A stretch of DNA of 64,000 bases from Chloroflexota bacterium. Its GTDB lineage: Bacteria; Chloroflexota; UBA11872; VXOZ01. A program made the position numbers and the translations under genes. The notes beneath the pieces are model-generated. The model saw only the letters and a list, made by a program, of their open reading frames with translations. It had not been told where the DNA came from and did not search any database. Below, one piece after another: positions 1 to 11,822 of this stretch. Positions within the stretch are counted from its first letter, which is position 1. The number at the start of each line of letters is the position of its first letter. The stretch is taken from positions 2,912,001 through 2,976,000 of the forward strand of contig OZ244922.1 of NCBI GenBank assembly GCA_965221905.1, given 5' to 3'.

Positions 1-131
1 GCGATAGTCGCCTTCCCGCCAATAGCGAGGCACAATTGCACGAAGCTCGACATCCGGAAACTTGGCGATCTCTTCCATCTTGCGTTGGTACGTGGCCACT
101 ACAAGCGCCTTGGAAATGTAGAGCACGCGCA

Positions 132-1262
132 TCATTTCACCTGCTTGTAGACCGCAATGGTCTGTGCGGCCGTACGCTCCCAGGAGAACGCCTGGGCCTG
201 CGCAATCGCCCGTTCGGCGTAGTGCGCTCGTTCCTGTCTGGACTCCCAGAGACGTCCGATGGCTGCCGCCCAGGCATTGGCGTCGTCAGGCGGGACTAAG
301 ATGCCGCCTTCGCCTACCACCTCCGGCAGCGACGTCGCCTCGCTGCATACGACCGGTGTGCCGCAAGCCATGGCTTCTAACGGATCCAGGCCGAATCCTT
401 CATAGCGCGAAGGAAACACGAAGAGCGTTGCGGCACGATACAGGAGCGGCTTATCCGCTTCCGGTACGCCGCCTAGAAAACGCACGCGGTGCCCTATCTC
501 CGATTCAGTGGCTTGGCGCACCCAGTCGGGAAAGAGAGCGGCCTTACCATGCCGGGTGCGGCCCGCAACAACTAGCGAGACATCTTCCGGTAGCTTCTCG
601 AGCGCCGTAAACAGAATCCCAAGGTTCTTGCGCACGTCCAGGCCGCCAAGATAGAAGAGGAATCGTTCCGGCAGATCGTAGCGCCGCCGCGCAGCCTTGA
701 CATCCTCATCTCGTAAGTCTGGCGAAAATCGCGCATCCGCGGCGAGATGCACAACGTGCACATCGTCTTCGCTAAGGTTAAGCCGCTCGATCACGTCGCG
801 CTTGGCGGCTTCAGAATCCGTAATGATCGCATCCGCTTTGTGCGCCGCCGCCATTACAAGGCTCGTATAGAGTCGCACGAGGGGGTTGCCGCGATACTCA
901 GGCAGCACAACCGGAATCAAGTCGTGAATAGTAGTTACCAGCGGAAAGCTATGGTAATGCGATGGGGCGAAGTAAGGCACGTGGCCCACTACGTCCTGGC
1001 CCGACTTAGCAGCCAGCCGGGGCCACGTTACTTGCTCCCACCACAGTTTTGCCAGGTTGCCTCGGCGCAGCAAGCCGCCCATTGGGGCGTTCGCCCGGAT
1101 ACCGCCGACCGGACGCATCGTATCGCGCATGAAGTAGGGCAGTTGCACAGAGACCTGAACTTCGTCGCTACGCTTCTGCAGCGCCCGCAGCAGATGATAC
1201 GCGTACTGTGCGCTTCCGGTGTGGTGCACATTAAGGAAATACCCATTTACGGCAATTTCCAT
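132..1262 (-). CDS. Glycosyltransferase family 4 (GT-B)
   Basis: 376 aa; TIHDLIP motif and C-terminal FVFPSRYEGFGLDPLEAMACGTPVV signature. Confidence 0.93.
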   Translation of the reverse strand: MEIAVNGYFLNVHHTGSAQYAYHLLRALQKRSDEVQVSVQLPYFMRDTMRPVGGIRANAPMGGLLRRGNLAKLWWEQVTWPRLAAKSGQDVVGHVPYFAPSHYHSFPLVTTIHDLIPVVLPEYRGNPLVRLYTSLVMAAAHKADAIITDSEAAKRDVIERLNLSEDDVHVVHLAADARFSPDLRDEDVKAARRRYDLPERFLFYLGGLDVRKNLGILFTALEKLPEDVSLVVAGRTRHGKAALFPDWVRQATESEIGHRVRFLGGVPEADKPLLYRAATLFVFPSRYEGFGLDPLEAMACGTPVVCSEATSLPEVVGEGGILVPPDDANAWAAAIGRLWESRQERAHYAERAIAQAQAFSWERTAAQTIAVYKQVK

Positions 1263-1273
1263 AGTGGCGCGGG

Positions 1274-3001
1274 CTATTTCGGAAGTGCTTGTAACGCCAG
1301 GTATGCAGGTCTCGGGTTCAAGTGTTCGTCGAGAATCCCGAAGGAATAAGCGCTGTCAGTCGGTTCGATTTGATTGGCAAAGTTCAAATTGAAAACTACC
1401 AGTCCGGTGACATACGGAAACCTATGCTTCGCCAGTAGATAGGATTCGGCCAGATACCGCCCCTGGTCTTCGTCGGAAACCTCTACCCCATAGGGAAATT
1501 CAGGATGCAAGTTGTGCGTGGTCCATCCCATCTCCGTCAACCAGATACTCTTACCCGTGTCACCGTACTTTTGCAGCACGTCCCAGTGATTCTCAAAGCG
1601 GCGGAAGTAGAACGACCAGTGGTGTTTGTACGTGGTACCGGACGTCGAGTAGTTATCGGGCGTATCGCCCGGCGCATTATTGAAGCCATATGAGTGCAAC
1701 CCGAGCACATCGAAATAGTTGCGGATTATGCCATCGCGGTACTGGTACATAGCCTCCAGGTATGCCACGTCGTCCATGGCAACCCCCTCGCGATTGACTC
1801 CTGTGGGCGACAAGCCGCCGCTGACGACAATAGCGTTCGGATTCCCGCGCTTCACTCCCCGATAGCCCGCGCCCATGAGCTCAACGAATTCCCATGGCGC
1901 GACCGTACCATCCCAGTTTCCGGCCAAGTTAGGCTCATTCCAGAGTTCATAGGATTGCACCTGATCGCCGTAACGCGACGCGATGATGGCCAAGAAGTTT
2001 TCGAAGTCGCCGAAATTCGCCGGCGGGCCGTTATGAAAACTGCCAAACTGCGCCCACCACTCCTCGACGGAGCCAGAAGAGGATCCCTCCTGTACGGCGA
2101 TTTGATTCCCTGCGGGTATTACGCGGCGCGTCCAATAGGGAGACGCATAGATGCCCAGCATCACTTCCAAGCCGTGCCGGTTTGCCGCCTCTACAATGCG
2201 GTCCACCTGGTCCCACATATACCCGCCGGGATGGAGTTCTATTGCCTTCCACTCTACTTGTTGCTTGATGCCGGTAAAGCCCGCGGCCTTTGCTAACGCG
2301 AGCACGTGCTCGATATTAGGGTCGTAGAAAAGCGAGACTTGCGCGATGAGCTTCAGTTGCGAATCTCGTGCAGGCTGGTCCACTATTGTTTGCAACGTGC
2401 CACGCAACGAGAGGAACATCTGGCCCAATGGCGCCAGTTGTACCTCGTCGGGGGTGCCGGACTTGGTTGGATCATAGCGAAATACGGCTCGTTCGAAGTA
2501 TTGGACCGCATGCTGCCAATCGTCATCAGCCGGTAACTCTCCGGAAATCGGCAGCCCAAACACTTGCACACCGCCGTGTTCTTGGAAAAAGCGGAGAAAT
2601 GCAAAGCGCACAGCATGGCCGGTCTCCGGGAAATACCGCTGCGCAGACGTCTCTGCTACCGGTTCTTCCTGGGAGAAGAAGCGCCAGTGCGGATAAAGCA
2701 AGCGACCCAACGGACTGAACCGCACCTGGCCGCGCTGCGGCCACCACTCCAGCCGCGCATTCTCGAAATATTGGACGACGTGACCGTCTTCGCTTTGTTC
2801 GTTTGTCAGCGGCTGTCCTAGGACGCTTTCGCCGCCCATTTGCTCGAAGTAGTCGAGCATAGCCCCATGCACAATAGTATTCGTGGCCTGAAAGTGCCTC
2901 GGCTCCGAATTGGCGAAAACCGGAGCCGGTAGGAGCATGAAGCACGAAAAGAATAGAAGCAATCGAACATACCAACGCCGCGGGCCAATGCCTTTCATCA
3001 T
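1274..3001 (-). CDS. Secreted glycoside hydrolase (clan GH-A, GH5/GH39-like) with N-terminal Chloroflexi-type cell-surface repeats
   Basis: Signal peptide; repeats QYFENARLE / YFPETGH / QYFERA; acid-base WNEPN and nucleophile WLTEMGW motifs; ATG at 3001 follows GGAGG (ORF track start 3025). Confidence 0.8.
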   Translation of the reverse strand: MMKGIGPRRWYVRLLLFFSCFMLLPAPVFANSEPRHFQATNTIVHGAMLDYFEQMGGESVLGQPLTNEQSEDGHVVQYFENARLEWWPQRGQVRFSPLGRLLYPHWRFFSQEEPVAETSAQRYFPETGHAVRFAFLRFFQEHGGVQVFGLPISGELPADDDWQHAVQYFERAVFRYDPTKSGTPDEVQLAPLGQMFLSLRGTLQTIVDQPARDSQLKLIAQVSLFYDPNIEHVLALAKAAGFTGIKQQVEWKAIELHPGGYMWDQVDRIVEAANRHGLEVMLGIYASPYWTRRVIPAGNQIAVQEGSSSGSVEEWWAQFGSFHNGPPANFGDFENFLAIIASRYGDQVQSYELWNEPNLAGNWDGTVAPWEFVELMGAGYRGVKRGNPNAIVVSGGLSPTGVNREGVAMDDVAYLEAMYQYRDGIIRNYFDVLGLHSYGFNNAPGDTPDNYSTSGTTYKHHWSFYFRRFENHWDVLQKYGDTGKSIWLTEMGWTTHNLHPEFPYGVEVSDEDQGRYLAESYLLAKHRFPYVTGLVVFNLNFANQIEPTDSAYSFGILDEHLNPRPAYLALQALPK

Positions 3002-3269
3002 GCTCTGTCTACCTCCCAATTTCACCGCATTCTCCGCTAGGAGCGCTCAAGTCCGTGTCCCGGCCATCGGCAATAGTAATCTCGCCGTATTGCCATCAAC
3101 TGGGCACCGCAGACTGCCCCAATGTGGCGAGGACACAAAGTAACCGCTTTGGCACATTATAGCAGATACAGAAGCCACTCCACGCTACCGATCTGTCTTC
3201 ATTCCGCGAACATACTTTCAGGTGTCGTGCCGCTCACTCGGACGCTAGACTGCCGTCCTCAATTCGCGT

Positions 3270-4403
3270 TCAGCCACCGCTAACAACACGCACCAGATGT
3301 GCACGCAGTTCGCTCGCTGCCCGCTCCCACGTGAATCCAGCAGCGCGTTCTCTTCCCGCGGCAATGAGTTCCGCGCGCTTGACTTCATCTGTAGCAAGCA
3401 CCAAGAGCGCCCCACCAATGGCGTCAACGTCGTTGGGATCTACGAGGATGGCCGCCTCACCCGCGACCTCGGGCAGGGATGACGTATTCGACGTGACTAC
3501 CGGTGTGCCGCACGCCATGGCTTCGAGCACGGGCAGCCCAAAACCCTCGTACAGGCTGGGAAACACAAAAGCGCTCGCGCTATTGTACAGAACCGCAAGA
3601 TCCTCATCGGAATCGACGGTTGTCAGGAAGTGCACGCGCTCGGAAACGCCGTATTCCTGCGGGGCGGCGAGTATCTGCTCGTAGAGCCAGCCCGGACGCC
3701 CCACGTGCACGAGGTGATGGGGCAGCCCAGCATCAACAACCGAGCGCATGGCCGCGATCACGCGGGCAATGTTCTTTCTTGGCTGAATTGTGCCTACGGT
3801 AAGAAAGTAGGGATACGCTATGCCATGTCGCTGAAGCACTGCCGCCCGCAGGGCTGGGTTATTGCGGGAACGGAAGACTCCGTCAACGCCGCAATGAAGC
3901 ACTTCAATACGGGCGGGCTCGACGTGATATGCGCCTATCAAGTCTTGCCGGGTAGCTTCCGAGTCCGCGAGCACCAATTGAGCGCGCGCGACACTGCGCG
4001 GAACGGCTGATTCCAAGTACGAGCGCAAGGAATTCGGGTAGGAGTCTGGAAAGTGAAGGTATGAAAGATCGTGGACGGTGATGACGCCGGGTGCGCGCCA
4101 CAGCGGCGGCAAGACGAAGTCCGGCGCGTAGAAGACGTCGACCCCGCCCGCGAGCAGATCGGCATAGAGAGGCAGCCGCAGCCGATGCCAGATGCGCGTC
4201 AGCGCGCGCTCGGATAGCGGCAGATACCGATACCTCAGTTTAGGAGATACGAGGCGTCGCCAATGCCCTTCTGAGAATCGCGGCATTAAGAGTGTGATTT
4301 GGTCGACGAAGGGCTGTGCTATGAGCGCACTGACTAGCGACCACGTATACCTGCCAATGCCGGCCGGTTGGGTGGCTGCGGTAAAGTCAATTCCTATTCT
4401 CAT
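3270..4403 (-). CDS. Glycosyltransferase family 4
   Basis: MRIGID start, TVHDLS, PRKN, FVFPSLYEGFGLPVLEAMACGTPVV. Confidence 0.93.
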   Translation of the reverse strand: MRIGIDFTAATQPAGIGRYTWSLVSALIAQPFVDQITLLMPRFSEGHWRRLVSPKLRYRYLPLSERALTRIWHRLRLPLYADLLAGGVDVFYAPDFVLPPLWRAPGVITVHDLSYLHFPDSYPNSLRSYLESAVPRSVARAQLVLADSEATRQDLIGAYHVEPARIEVLHCGVDGVFRSRNNPALRAAVLQRHGIAYPYFLTVGTIQPRKNIARVIAAMRSVVDAGLPHHLVHVGRPGWLYEQILAAPQEYGVSERVHFLTTVDSDEDLAVLYNSASAFVFPSLYEGFGLPVLEAMACGTPVVTSNTSSLPEVAGEAAILVDPNDVDAIGGALLVLATDEVKRAELIAAGRERAAGFTWERAASELRAHLVRVVSGG

Positions 4404-4476
4404 GACACTAGGAACACCAAACGGCAACTCTGCTTGGAGCCTGTCGTGGCCAACCTATCCATTAGAGCTATGCCGC

Positions 4477-4890
4477 CTATATTGCACAGTCGGCGAGCCT
4501 CGCTAGCAGTTTTTTCGAGGGCTTTGGGCTACTGTAAATGCCCTTAGTCTCCCAAGACTTGGTGTGAAGCCAATCGGTCACCTCTCCTACTATGGCAACC
4601 AGTTCGTCGTGAAGGATCAAGTACCACTTTCCTCGAACCGGAAACGTCATGTATAAGCCCTTGCACAAGTAGCTTCGGTTGATGGTTAGACGGGCTTTGA
4701 GTTGCACTTTGAGCGTCTGGGTTCCGTCTTTGTGGTATGCAAGAAAGTCTGCACCTTGCCAGTCATCGGACAACTTGAGGCAATTATACCCATACTCCGC
4801 AAGCAACCCAGCAACTTTCTGAAAATTGTAGATTTCCTTTTGCTTTGCATTCAGCTCATCATACTTTGCACGCTGTAATCTCACCGCCAC
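4477..4890 (-). CDS. Hypothetical protein, probable PD-(D/E)XK nuclease fold
   Basis: 137 aa, visibly more AT-rich than neighbours; GADFLAY...KVQLK resembles a D...QxK nuclease core. Confidence 0.55.
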   Translation of the reverse strand: MAVRLQRAKYDELNAKQKEIYNFQKVAGLLAEYGYNCLKLSDDWQGADFLAYHKDGTQTLKVQLKARLTINRSYLCKGLYMTFPVRGKWYLILHDELVAIVGEVTDWLHTKSWETKGIYSSPKPSKKLLARLADCAI

Positions 4891-4902
4891 ACTACCCCCT
4901 TC

Positions 4903-5865
4903 TCAGTGTTGCGAAGCTACTTCCGCGCGATTGCGACCCCAGAGCCGTAGGCGCGCGTGCGTGAAGTAGTAGGCTGCACCGGGAATCAGAACCAGCCAGT
5001 AACTAATGAACCGGTCGAGGATTGCCACTGCCGCCGCCATGTCCACCGGCACGCCAAGCAGCAACATTACCCCTACCATACCCCCTTCCACCGCGCCAAG
5101 GCCGCCGGGGGTGGGCGCCGCGAGCAAGAGCGCGCCTGCCGCAAAGACAAACAGCAGTTGCGGCGCCTCAAGCGAGACACCCATCGCACTTGCCACCAAG
5201 AAGAACCGTCCGGCTTCAGCAGCCCATGCCAGTGCAGTAAGAACAATCATGAGCCACAGTGGCTTTGTCGACGCAAAGATACCGTGCTGAAAGCGCTCGA
5301 ACCGTTCGCCCAGTCTATGGGGCAACCGTGCCAGGAGGGTGCTGTCCAAGCGCCAGAAGAGAAACAAGCCGCCCGCCATGAGCACCGCCAATATTCCAAC
5401 GCTCAGGAGGACTCCTCGCATCTCGCTCAGCAACTCACCACGCACAAAGAAGAGTGCAGCAGTTACTGCAATTGCTAGCAGAGCGAGCATATCGATCACG
5501 CGCTCCGCAAGTACGCTACCCGTGGTGAGCGCGAATGAAATCCGTTCTCTGCGGCGTAGGATTAGCCCCCGGTAGAGGTCTCCCATCTTGGCGGGAATCA
5601 GATGATTAACGAACCAAGAGAGGAAAATGACCTCTGCTAATAGGCGCGTCGGGACCGTGTGGCCCAGGTTTCGCAACATCTTGCGCCACCGCACCGCCCG
5701 CGGCAGCAACGTTGTGTAGTAAACCATCAACGCAAGCAAATAGAGCCGTAAGTCTATTTGCCTGATTTCGGCCCAAATTCCCCGCCAATCGAGCCCACCC
5801 AGGCGCCAAAGCGCGACCAAGAGCGCCGCCGCAACGAGAAAGGAGAAGATCGTCTGCGGACTCAA
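4903..5865 (-). CDS. Lysylphosphatidylglycerol synthase TM-domain / flippase-like membrane protein (UPF0104)
   Basis: Multi-TM; RAVRW, P.KMGDLYR, ERVID, PTPGGLGAVEG, DR.ISYW motifs; start uncertain. Confidence 0.85.
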   Translation of the reverse strand: MSPQTIFSFLVAAALLVALWRLGGLDWRGIWAEIRQIDLRLYLLALMVYYTTLLPRAVRWRKMLRNLGHTVPTRLLAEVIFLSWFVNHLIPAKMGDLYRGLILRRRERISFALTTGSVLAERVIDMLALLAIAVTAALFFVRGELLSEMRGVLLSVGILAVLMAGGLFLFWRLDSTLLARLPHRLGERFERFQHGIFASTKPLWLMIVLTALAWAAEAGRFFLVASAMGVSLEAPQLLFVFAAGALLLAAPTPGGLGAVEGGMVGVMLLLGVPVDMAAAVAILDRFISYWLVLIPGAAYYFTHARLRLWGRNRAEVASQH

Positions 5866-6263
5866 GAAGCGCTGCTTGAAAGTTGCAGGCGCGCCTTCTG
5901 CTGCGTCGTTAGGCTCGATCGGGGAGGAAGTTGTGGGCTCGATGACGTTGTCTCACGTTTCTAGGATGAATTACCTTCTCATAATACCGAATGCCCCGCA
6001 ATCCCCGCTAACCGCCAGGCGGGTCTGCGCACTGCCGCCCCTCATCGCTCTCAAGGGCGGAATCACCGATTGTGGGCCGGCAAACTCCGGCTACGCACTC
6101 AATGGTTCCCACTACCGGCACACTTGCCTCCCTCATGTGCTAGAGTTCTTCGCTTTTAGCCCCGAAACGATGCACCTAGCAGCAAGCTTTGAACACCGTT
6201 ACACTAAAAAGAAGCATAGAAACAACTCAGCCACATCCATGGTTAAGGCAAGGAGCAAGAGAA

Positions 6264-7301
6264 ATGGACCTTTTGAAGCGGCTTTGCGAAACACCAGGCA
6301 TTGCCAGTCGCGAAGAGCCGATACGAAGTGTAATCTGCGAGGAGTTGGGACCGCTCGTTACAACGACCAAGGTTGACGCCCTGGGCAGCGTAATTGCCTA
6401 CCGCAAGGGGCAGGGCGGACCCAAAGTCATGATCGCTGCCCATATGGACCAGATTGGCTTCATGGCGCGCCACGTGGACGAGAATGGCTTCATCCGTTTG
6501 CAGCCCGTTGGCGGCTTCGATCCCCGCACGCTCGTAGCGCAGCGGGTGCGCGTTCACGGCAAGGAAGAACTGACGGGCGTACTCATGCCCGCTACCAAAC
6601 CGACGCACCTGCTGGACGATTCCGAGCGGGGCAAGGCGTTGAAATTGGATGACCTCTTCGTTGACGTGGGGCTCTCCGGCGAACGCACGAAAGAGCTCGT
6701 TCCCCTTGGCACTCCCATTACGTTCGACCGCCCATGCATTGATCTTGGTGACGTGCTAGTGTCTCCGGCCATGGACGACCGGGTCAGCGTTTACGTCATG
6801 ATCGAGGCCATTCGCGGCCTGACCGATCATGTCGCAGAGGTCTACGCCGTTGCTTCCACCCAGGAAGAGGTCGGTCTGCGCGGCGCGACGGTCGCGGCCT
6901 TTGGCGTCGAACCCGACGTCGGCTTGGCGCTTGACTCCACCTTGGCCGTAGACATACCCGGTAGCACGGAAGCGGATCGCGTCTCGAAACTCGGCGACGG
7001 CACGGCAATCAAGATCATGGATTCTTCGCTCATCTGCGACCCGCGCCTTGTAGAACACTCCCGCAAGATTTGCGATGCCGGTGACATCCCCTACCAGATG
7101 GAGATCTTGCCGCGGGGCGGCACCGACGGCGGGGCAATTCAACGCACGCGCGACGGCGTGCCGGCGATTACGATCTCAACCCCGACGCGCTACGTGCACA
7201 CAGTCAACGAAATGGTAAACAAAAAGGACGTAGCGGCTACGGTTGATCTCGTACGGCGCTTCATCGAAACCGCCCATGAAATCGATCTCTCTTGGGACTA
7301 A
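6264..7301 (+). CDS. M42 family metallo-aminopeptidase
   Basis: AAHMDQIG, MDDR, QEEVGLRGA, GGTDGG, RYVH motifs; AAGGAG RBS before ATG 6264. Confidence 0.93.
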   Translation: MDLLKRLCETPGIASREEPIRSVICEELGPLVTTTKVDALGSVIAYRKGQGGPKVMIAAHMDQIGFMARHVDENGFIRLQPVGGFDPRTLVAQRVRVHGKEELTGVLMPATKPTHLLDDSERGKALKLDDLFVDVGLSGERTKELVPLGTPITFDRPCIDLGDVLVSPAMDDRVSVYVMIEAIRGLTDHVAEVYAVASTQEEVGLRGATVAAFGVEPDVGLALDSTLAVDIPGSTEADRVSKLGDGTAIKIMDSSLICDPRLVEHSRKICDAGDIPYQMEILPRGGTDGGAIQRTRDGVPAITISTPTRYVHTVNEMVNKKDVAATVDLVRRFIETAHEIDLSWD

Positions 7302-7472
7302 TCCTGCCATTCGCTCCGCAAGCATGAGTGTACAAGCGTGGACAAGCTCCCGGCTCCGATCCACGATGCGCTCCGGGCTTGATCGCACAGCATTCATCCC
7401 GGCGCGGAACCCGCCTGGTACTTGATGCGGAACCGGAATCCGATTGTGCCAAACTCCCATGCACGGGCACAC

Positions 7473-7517
7473 AAAACGTTACGCCTGTGGGTGGAATGCC
7501 CACAGGCGTAACGTTTT
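7473..7517. terminator. Bidirectional intrinsic terminator
   Basis: Perfect inverted repeat AAAACGTTACGCCTGTGGG / CCCACAGGCGTAACGTTTT between convergent genes. Confidence 0.8.
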
Positions 7518-7554
7518 CGCTATCGCTAGGTAAGACGTTGCGAGCGCCGCGCGC

Positions 7555-8091
7555 CTACTTCACGTCCGCCGAAAAGAGAAAGTCATTGTCGCTCACGTCG
7601 CCGTGGCACTCGGTGCAGCCCTGGACTTTGCCCTCGGCCTCTATCATGCCGTCGGCCGTATATTTCAGGAAGAACCACCCGTTCGCATCCGCATTCTCGA
7701 AGCTAGCGGGCTTATACATCACCGTAACGGCGGCCAGCGTACCGTCGGGCATGTAATTCTCTTTGACGACCATACCGCCAACGGGAATACTCCCCGCCTT
7801 GTCCTCAATCGCCTGCATAGCGATCGCGTTGAAGTACGTGCTCAGCAAAGCGCCGTGCGGATCCTGCCCGGTATACAAGGGCTCTACTCCGGGCAGATGC
7901 TGCCAGGCATTCTGATAGTCGGCTGCCCCAAGATAGTCCATGATGGCAGCTCCATCGGCAGCCGGGGCCTCAGCACCCATATCCTCGGACTCTTCGGCGA
8001 CTGCGCATCCCGCCAGTAGCACCATCGACCCCAAGAGTGCGACACTGAGCATCACGAAAATCCTGCGCAGTAGAGAAAATCTACAAGACAC
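7555..8091 (-). CDS. Cytochrome P460 family lipoprotein
   Basis: Lipobox LAGC; GGMVVKENY, VMYK, GWFF and single C-terminal CxxCH (CTECH); AGGAGG RBS. Confidence 0.82.
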   Translation of the reverse strand: MSCRFSLLRRIFVMLSVALLGSMVLLAGCAVAEESEDMGAEAPAADGAAIMDYLGAADYQNAWQHLPGVEPLYTGQDPHGALLSTYFNAIAMQAIEDKAGSIPVGGMVVKENYMPDGTLAAVTVMYKPASFENADANGWFFLKYTADGMIEAEGKVQGCTECHGDVSDNDFLFSADVK

Positions 8092-8196
8092 ACTGGCCTC
8101 CTATTTAAACTGCGAATACAGAGAGTTGTGTATGATGATACGTAGTTGCATAAGGCAATTCTGTTGGCTGGACGACATTGACGAGAGGAGAATTAC

Positions 8197-8927
8197 GTGA
8201 GCGCGCTGAGCAATCTGCTCCCGACCAAGAAACGCCGCCCTATCCTCAGCAAGGACGAGCGCACAGCCCTCCTCATGCGGCATCTCATTCACGTAGAACT
8301 CTTTCGTGATCTGACGAAAGCAGAGATGGAGCGCCTCTTCGGCCACTTGCCCATGTACTCCTTTCCCAAAGACACACTTGTCTATGCTCCCGATGACCGC
8401 AGCGAGAATCTCTACATTCTCAAGATGGGAGCCGTAGACATTTACCGTCTTAGCGAAGAAGGCAAACGCCTGAGCATCCGCCGGGTATTCATGGGTAGTG
8501 TGTTCGGCGAAATGGGACTGCTGGGGCAGTCGATGCACGGCTGCTTTGCCGAGACGGTCGCGCCCAGCCTCGTGTGCGTGATGACGCGAGCTGAAATGGA
8601 AAGCCTCTTAAGCCAACGACCCGATGTCGGCTTGCGCTTCTACAAGGTAATTGGGGACCGGCTCAAGGCGCTCGAGGATCAATTGGCGCGACTTGCGTTC
8701 AGTCCGGTTCGCGCTCGTGTGGCGACCTTTCTCCTCACACACGTAGACCCTGCCAACAAGGAAGTGCGCGGGTTCACACACGAAGAGATTGGCGATAGTA
8801 TTGGGGCATTGCGCTCCACAGTCACACAAACCCTAGGGGATATGGCCCGAGTTGGCGTGCTTGAGGTTAAGCACAAGTGCATCCACGTGCGTGACTTGCA
8901 GGAACTTGCTGTTTTCGTAAGGGAGTA

Positions 8928-8928
<1 letters not shown>
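8197..8928 (+). CDS. Crp/Fnr family transcriptional regulator
   Basis: cNMP-binding fold ([10 protein letters not shown]) plus C-terminal HTH ([17 protein letters not shown]). Confidence 0.9.
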
Positions 8929-9671
<743 letters not shown>

Positions 9672-9710
9672 CCGTTCGGTGGTATGAGGCTCGGTGCGTT
9701 TGAATACAAA

Positions 9711-9740
9711 AGTAGGGGCGGTTCGCGAACCGCCCCTACT
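9711..9740. repeat. GTAG-type REP palindrome
   Basis: AGTAGGGGCGGTTCGCGAACCGCCCCTACT, perfect palindrome with GTAG/CTAC ends, between convergent genes. Confidence 0.8.
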
Positions 9741-9796
9741 GTTTAACGTGTCGAAACGAAAATTGCTCCTCACGCCGCATCCGTACTAACACGCAC

Positions 9797-11269
9797 TCAC
9801 TGGCGCAGCATTTCCTGCATGGCAATCGACACTTGCTGAGCCGCGTCAGCCACGCTTCTCTCGCCGCTCAAAATCGGCGTCATGAGATGCTGCTGGAACA
9901 AAGACTGCAAGTGAGGCGCAAGGAGAGGCGGCACACCGCGACTATAGCCGAGGGCATTTGAGATTGTCGTTGCATCTTCAATCGTCAAGCTCGGCCTCAC
10001 CTGTTTGATGCGCTCGCCGGAGACGTTATACACCGGATAGCCGAAGAAAGTGACGGGAAGCTGGGAGAGTTCCCGTGCCAGCACCACCGCCGCCTGTGCT
10101 GCCAGGCCGGTATCTTTTGCTTGCGTGCCCACGCCCAATCCCGCAACCGGCGATACCCACGTGGCCTGGCGTGTATCGACCGGCAGTGCGGCAGCGCGAA
10201 TCTGTTCCGCACCCAGTCCCTGTCCGCCGCCGGAACGTACGGCGGTAGCCAAGCGCGCCGTATCGCTGGGCTGTCCACCACCGCGGCCTTGGCCCGGCAT
10301 TTGGTCGAACGAAACCACTTGCATGCCGTTGCGGTTCGAGCGCACGAAGGAAAAGGTGCCTGCGGGCGGATTCGGGGCAATTTGGTGAAACGTCATCATG
10401 TCGCGCCATAGCTCAATGCCCCTAATTGCCTCCGGTTCGGCAAGACGCACGGCGCCGTTTTCAGCACTGAATACCTCACCGCCGTGACTCCAAATCAAGC
10501 TCAGCAACATCGGCACAGAGGCATGGGCATACGTGCCCCACTGCGTTCCCGAATCGTCAGCATACGTCAAGCGCTTCCCCGCTTCGATCATTTCGGTCCA
10601 GCTCCACGATTCGCTAGGCGCAGCAACACCGGCATTCGCAAAGAGATCGGTGTCATAGGTAAGCGTGTTGATGGAACTAGAGAGCGGCAAGACGAGAACT
10701 TGGCCCTGCCACGTCACCGCCTCCAACGCGCCGGGGGCAAAAGCGGAGAGATCGATGCTGCCGTCTACACGAGTAGCCTGCTCGAAAGGCTCGATGATGC
10801 CCTCAGCATAGAGCAGTGGAAGTTCGTCCATATTGCTGATCATCAAAATGTCTGGCAGCGGATCGCCGCTTGCCAACTGTCCGCTTGCCGCCGCCTCGTT
10901 CAGCGTGTCGGCTATCGGACTGAAAGGGGTTGGCGTGGGCTCCGCGTTTGTGTTGGCTGTGCCAAAGAATGCAGCAAAATTGAAGGCGGGCCCCGGCGGC
11001 ACCACGGTTAGGTTCACCTCCATCCGGAAGCCGAGACTCTGTTCGTTTATTTCGTTGGCGGCGGTCTTGAGGCTGGCAAGGATGTTGCCGGCCTGCGCTG
11101 CTTGGAAATTGGCCCCTTCCCCCTGTGGGAGGAAAACCGCTACGTTTACTGTCTTATCGCCGGAGTCCCCGCCAACCAGGTCGCTAAAAAAACCACAACC
11201 GGATGCAAGACTTGCCGCTAGCGGCACGCCCCCGATCAACCCTAGAAACGAACGACGCGACATTCCCAT
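9797..11269 (-). CDS. Extracellular solute-binding lipoprotein (sugar ABC family 1), Tat signal
   Basis: SRRSFL Tat motif, ASGC lipobox, LTYDTDLF..AGV..P...WSW.E; AAGGAG RBS. Confidence 0.85.
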   Translation of the reverse strand: MGMSRRSFLGLIGGVPLAASLASGCGFFSDLVGGDSGDKTVNVAVFLPQGEGANFQAAQAGNILASLKTAANEINEQSLGFRMEVNLTVVPPGPAFNFAAFFGTANTNAEPTPTPFSPIADTLNEAAASGQLASGDPLPDILMISNMDELPLLYAEGIIEPFEQATRVDGSIDLSAFAPGALEAVTWQGQVLVLPLSSSINTLTYDTDLFANAGVAAPSESWSWTEMIEAGKRLTYADDSGTQWGTYAHASVPMLLSLIWSHGGEVFSAENGAVRLAEPEAIRGIELWRDMMTFHQIAPNPPAGTFSFVRSNRNGMQVVSFDQMPGQGRGGGQPSDTARLATAVRSGGGQGLGAEQIRAAALPVDTRQATWVSPVAGLGVGTQAKDTGLAAQAAVVLARELSQLPVTFFGYPVYNVSGERIKQVRPSLTIEDATTISNALGYSRGVPPLLAPHLQSLFQQHLMTPILSGERSVADAAQQVSIAMQEMLRQ

Positions 11270-11822
11270 TGCTAACCTCTCCTTGTGGGCCCCGCAGGAC
11301 CCAATCTGAAGTTTGCCACTAACCATTCACTTCTGCGGAATTTGCATGAGTGCTTTAGTCTATTCTGGCGCGGACGCAGTCTCTTTACGTCTACGCCAAA
11401 GATTTCTTAGCACATTATAGACGATTCGGTGTTGACAATCGAGACTTCAGTATCTCCAAGATATTGGTGATGCCGAACATGTAACAAGCTCAACGGCCAA
11501 AGCGCACGGCACTCTCATACTGACCCATGCTAATGGGTGATTGTCAAGAGAATGTGAAGAAATGACAACGAGAGGAAAGTTGGGAACCGCTTACGCAAAC
11601 TGTTCGCTTGCATGAGAAAGCACGCCGCGATGAACCAGCTTACGGCTTTGCCGGCGCAGCGACATGCAACCGCCACGCGAAATAACTCCACTCGCGGCGG
11701 GCCGCGCAATTGTTCGGTCAGAGCTTCAGGGGCAGCCTTCGCAGCCTCGCCACAGCACATTATTCAGCACCATCTCAATCGACCCGGCAGGGAACGAAGA
11801 GCAAGTGCCACGCACAGCAAGA

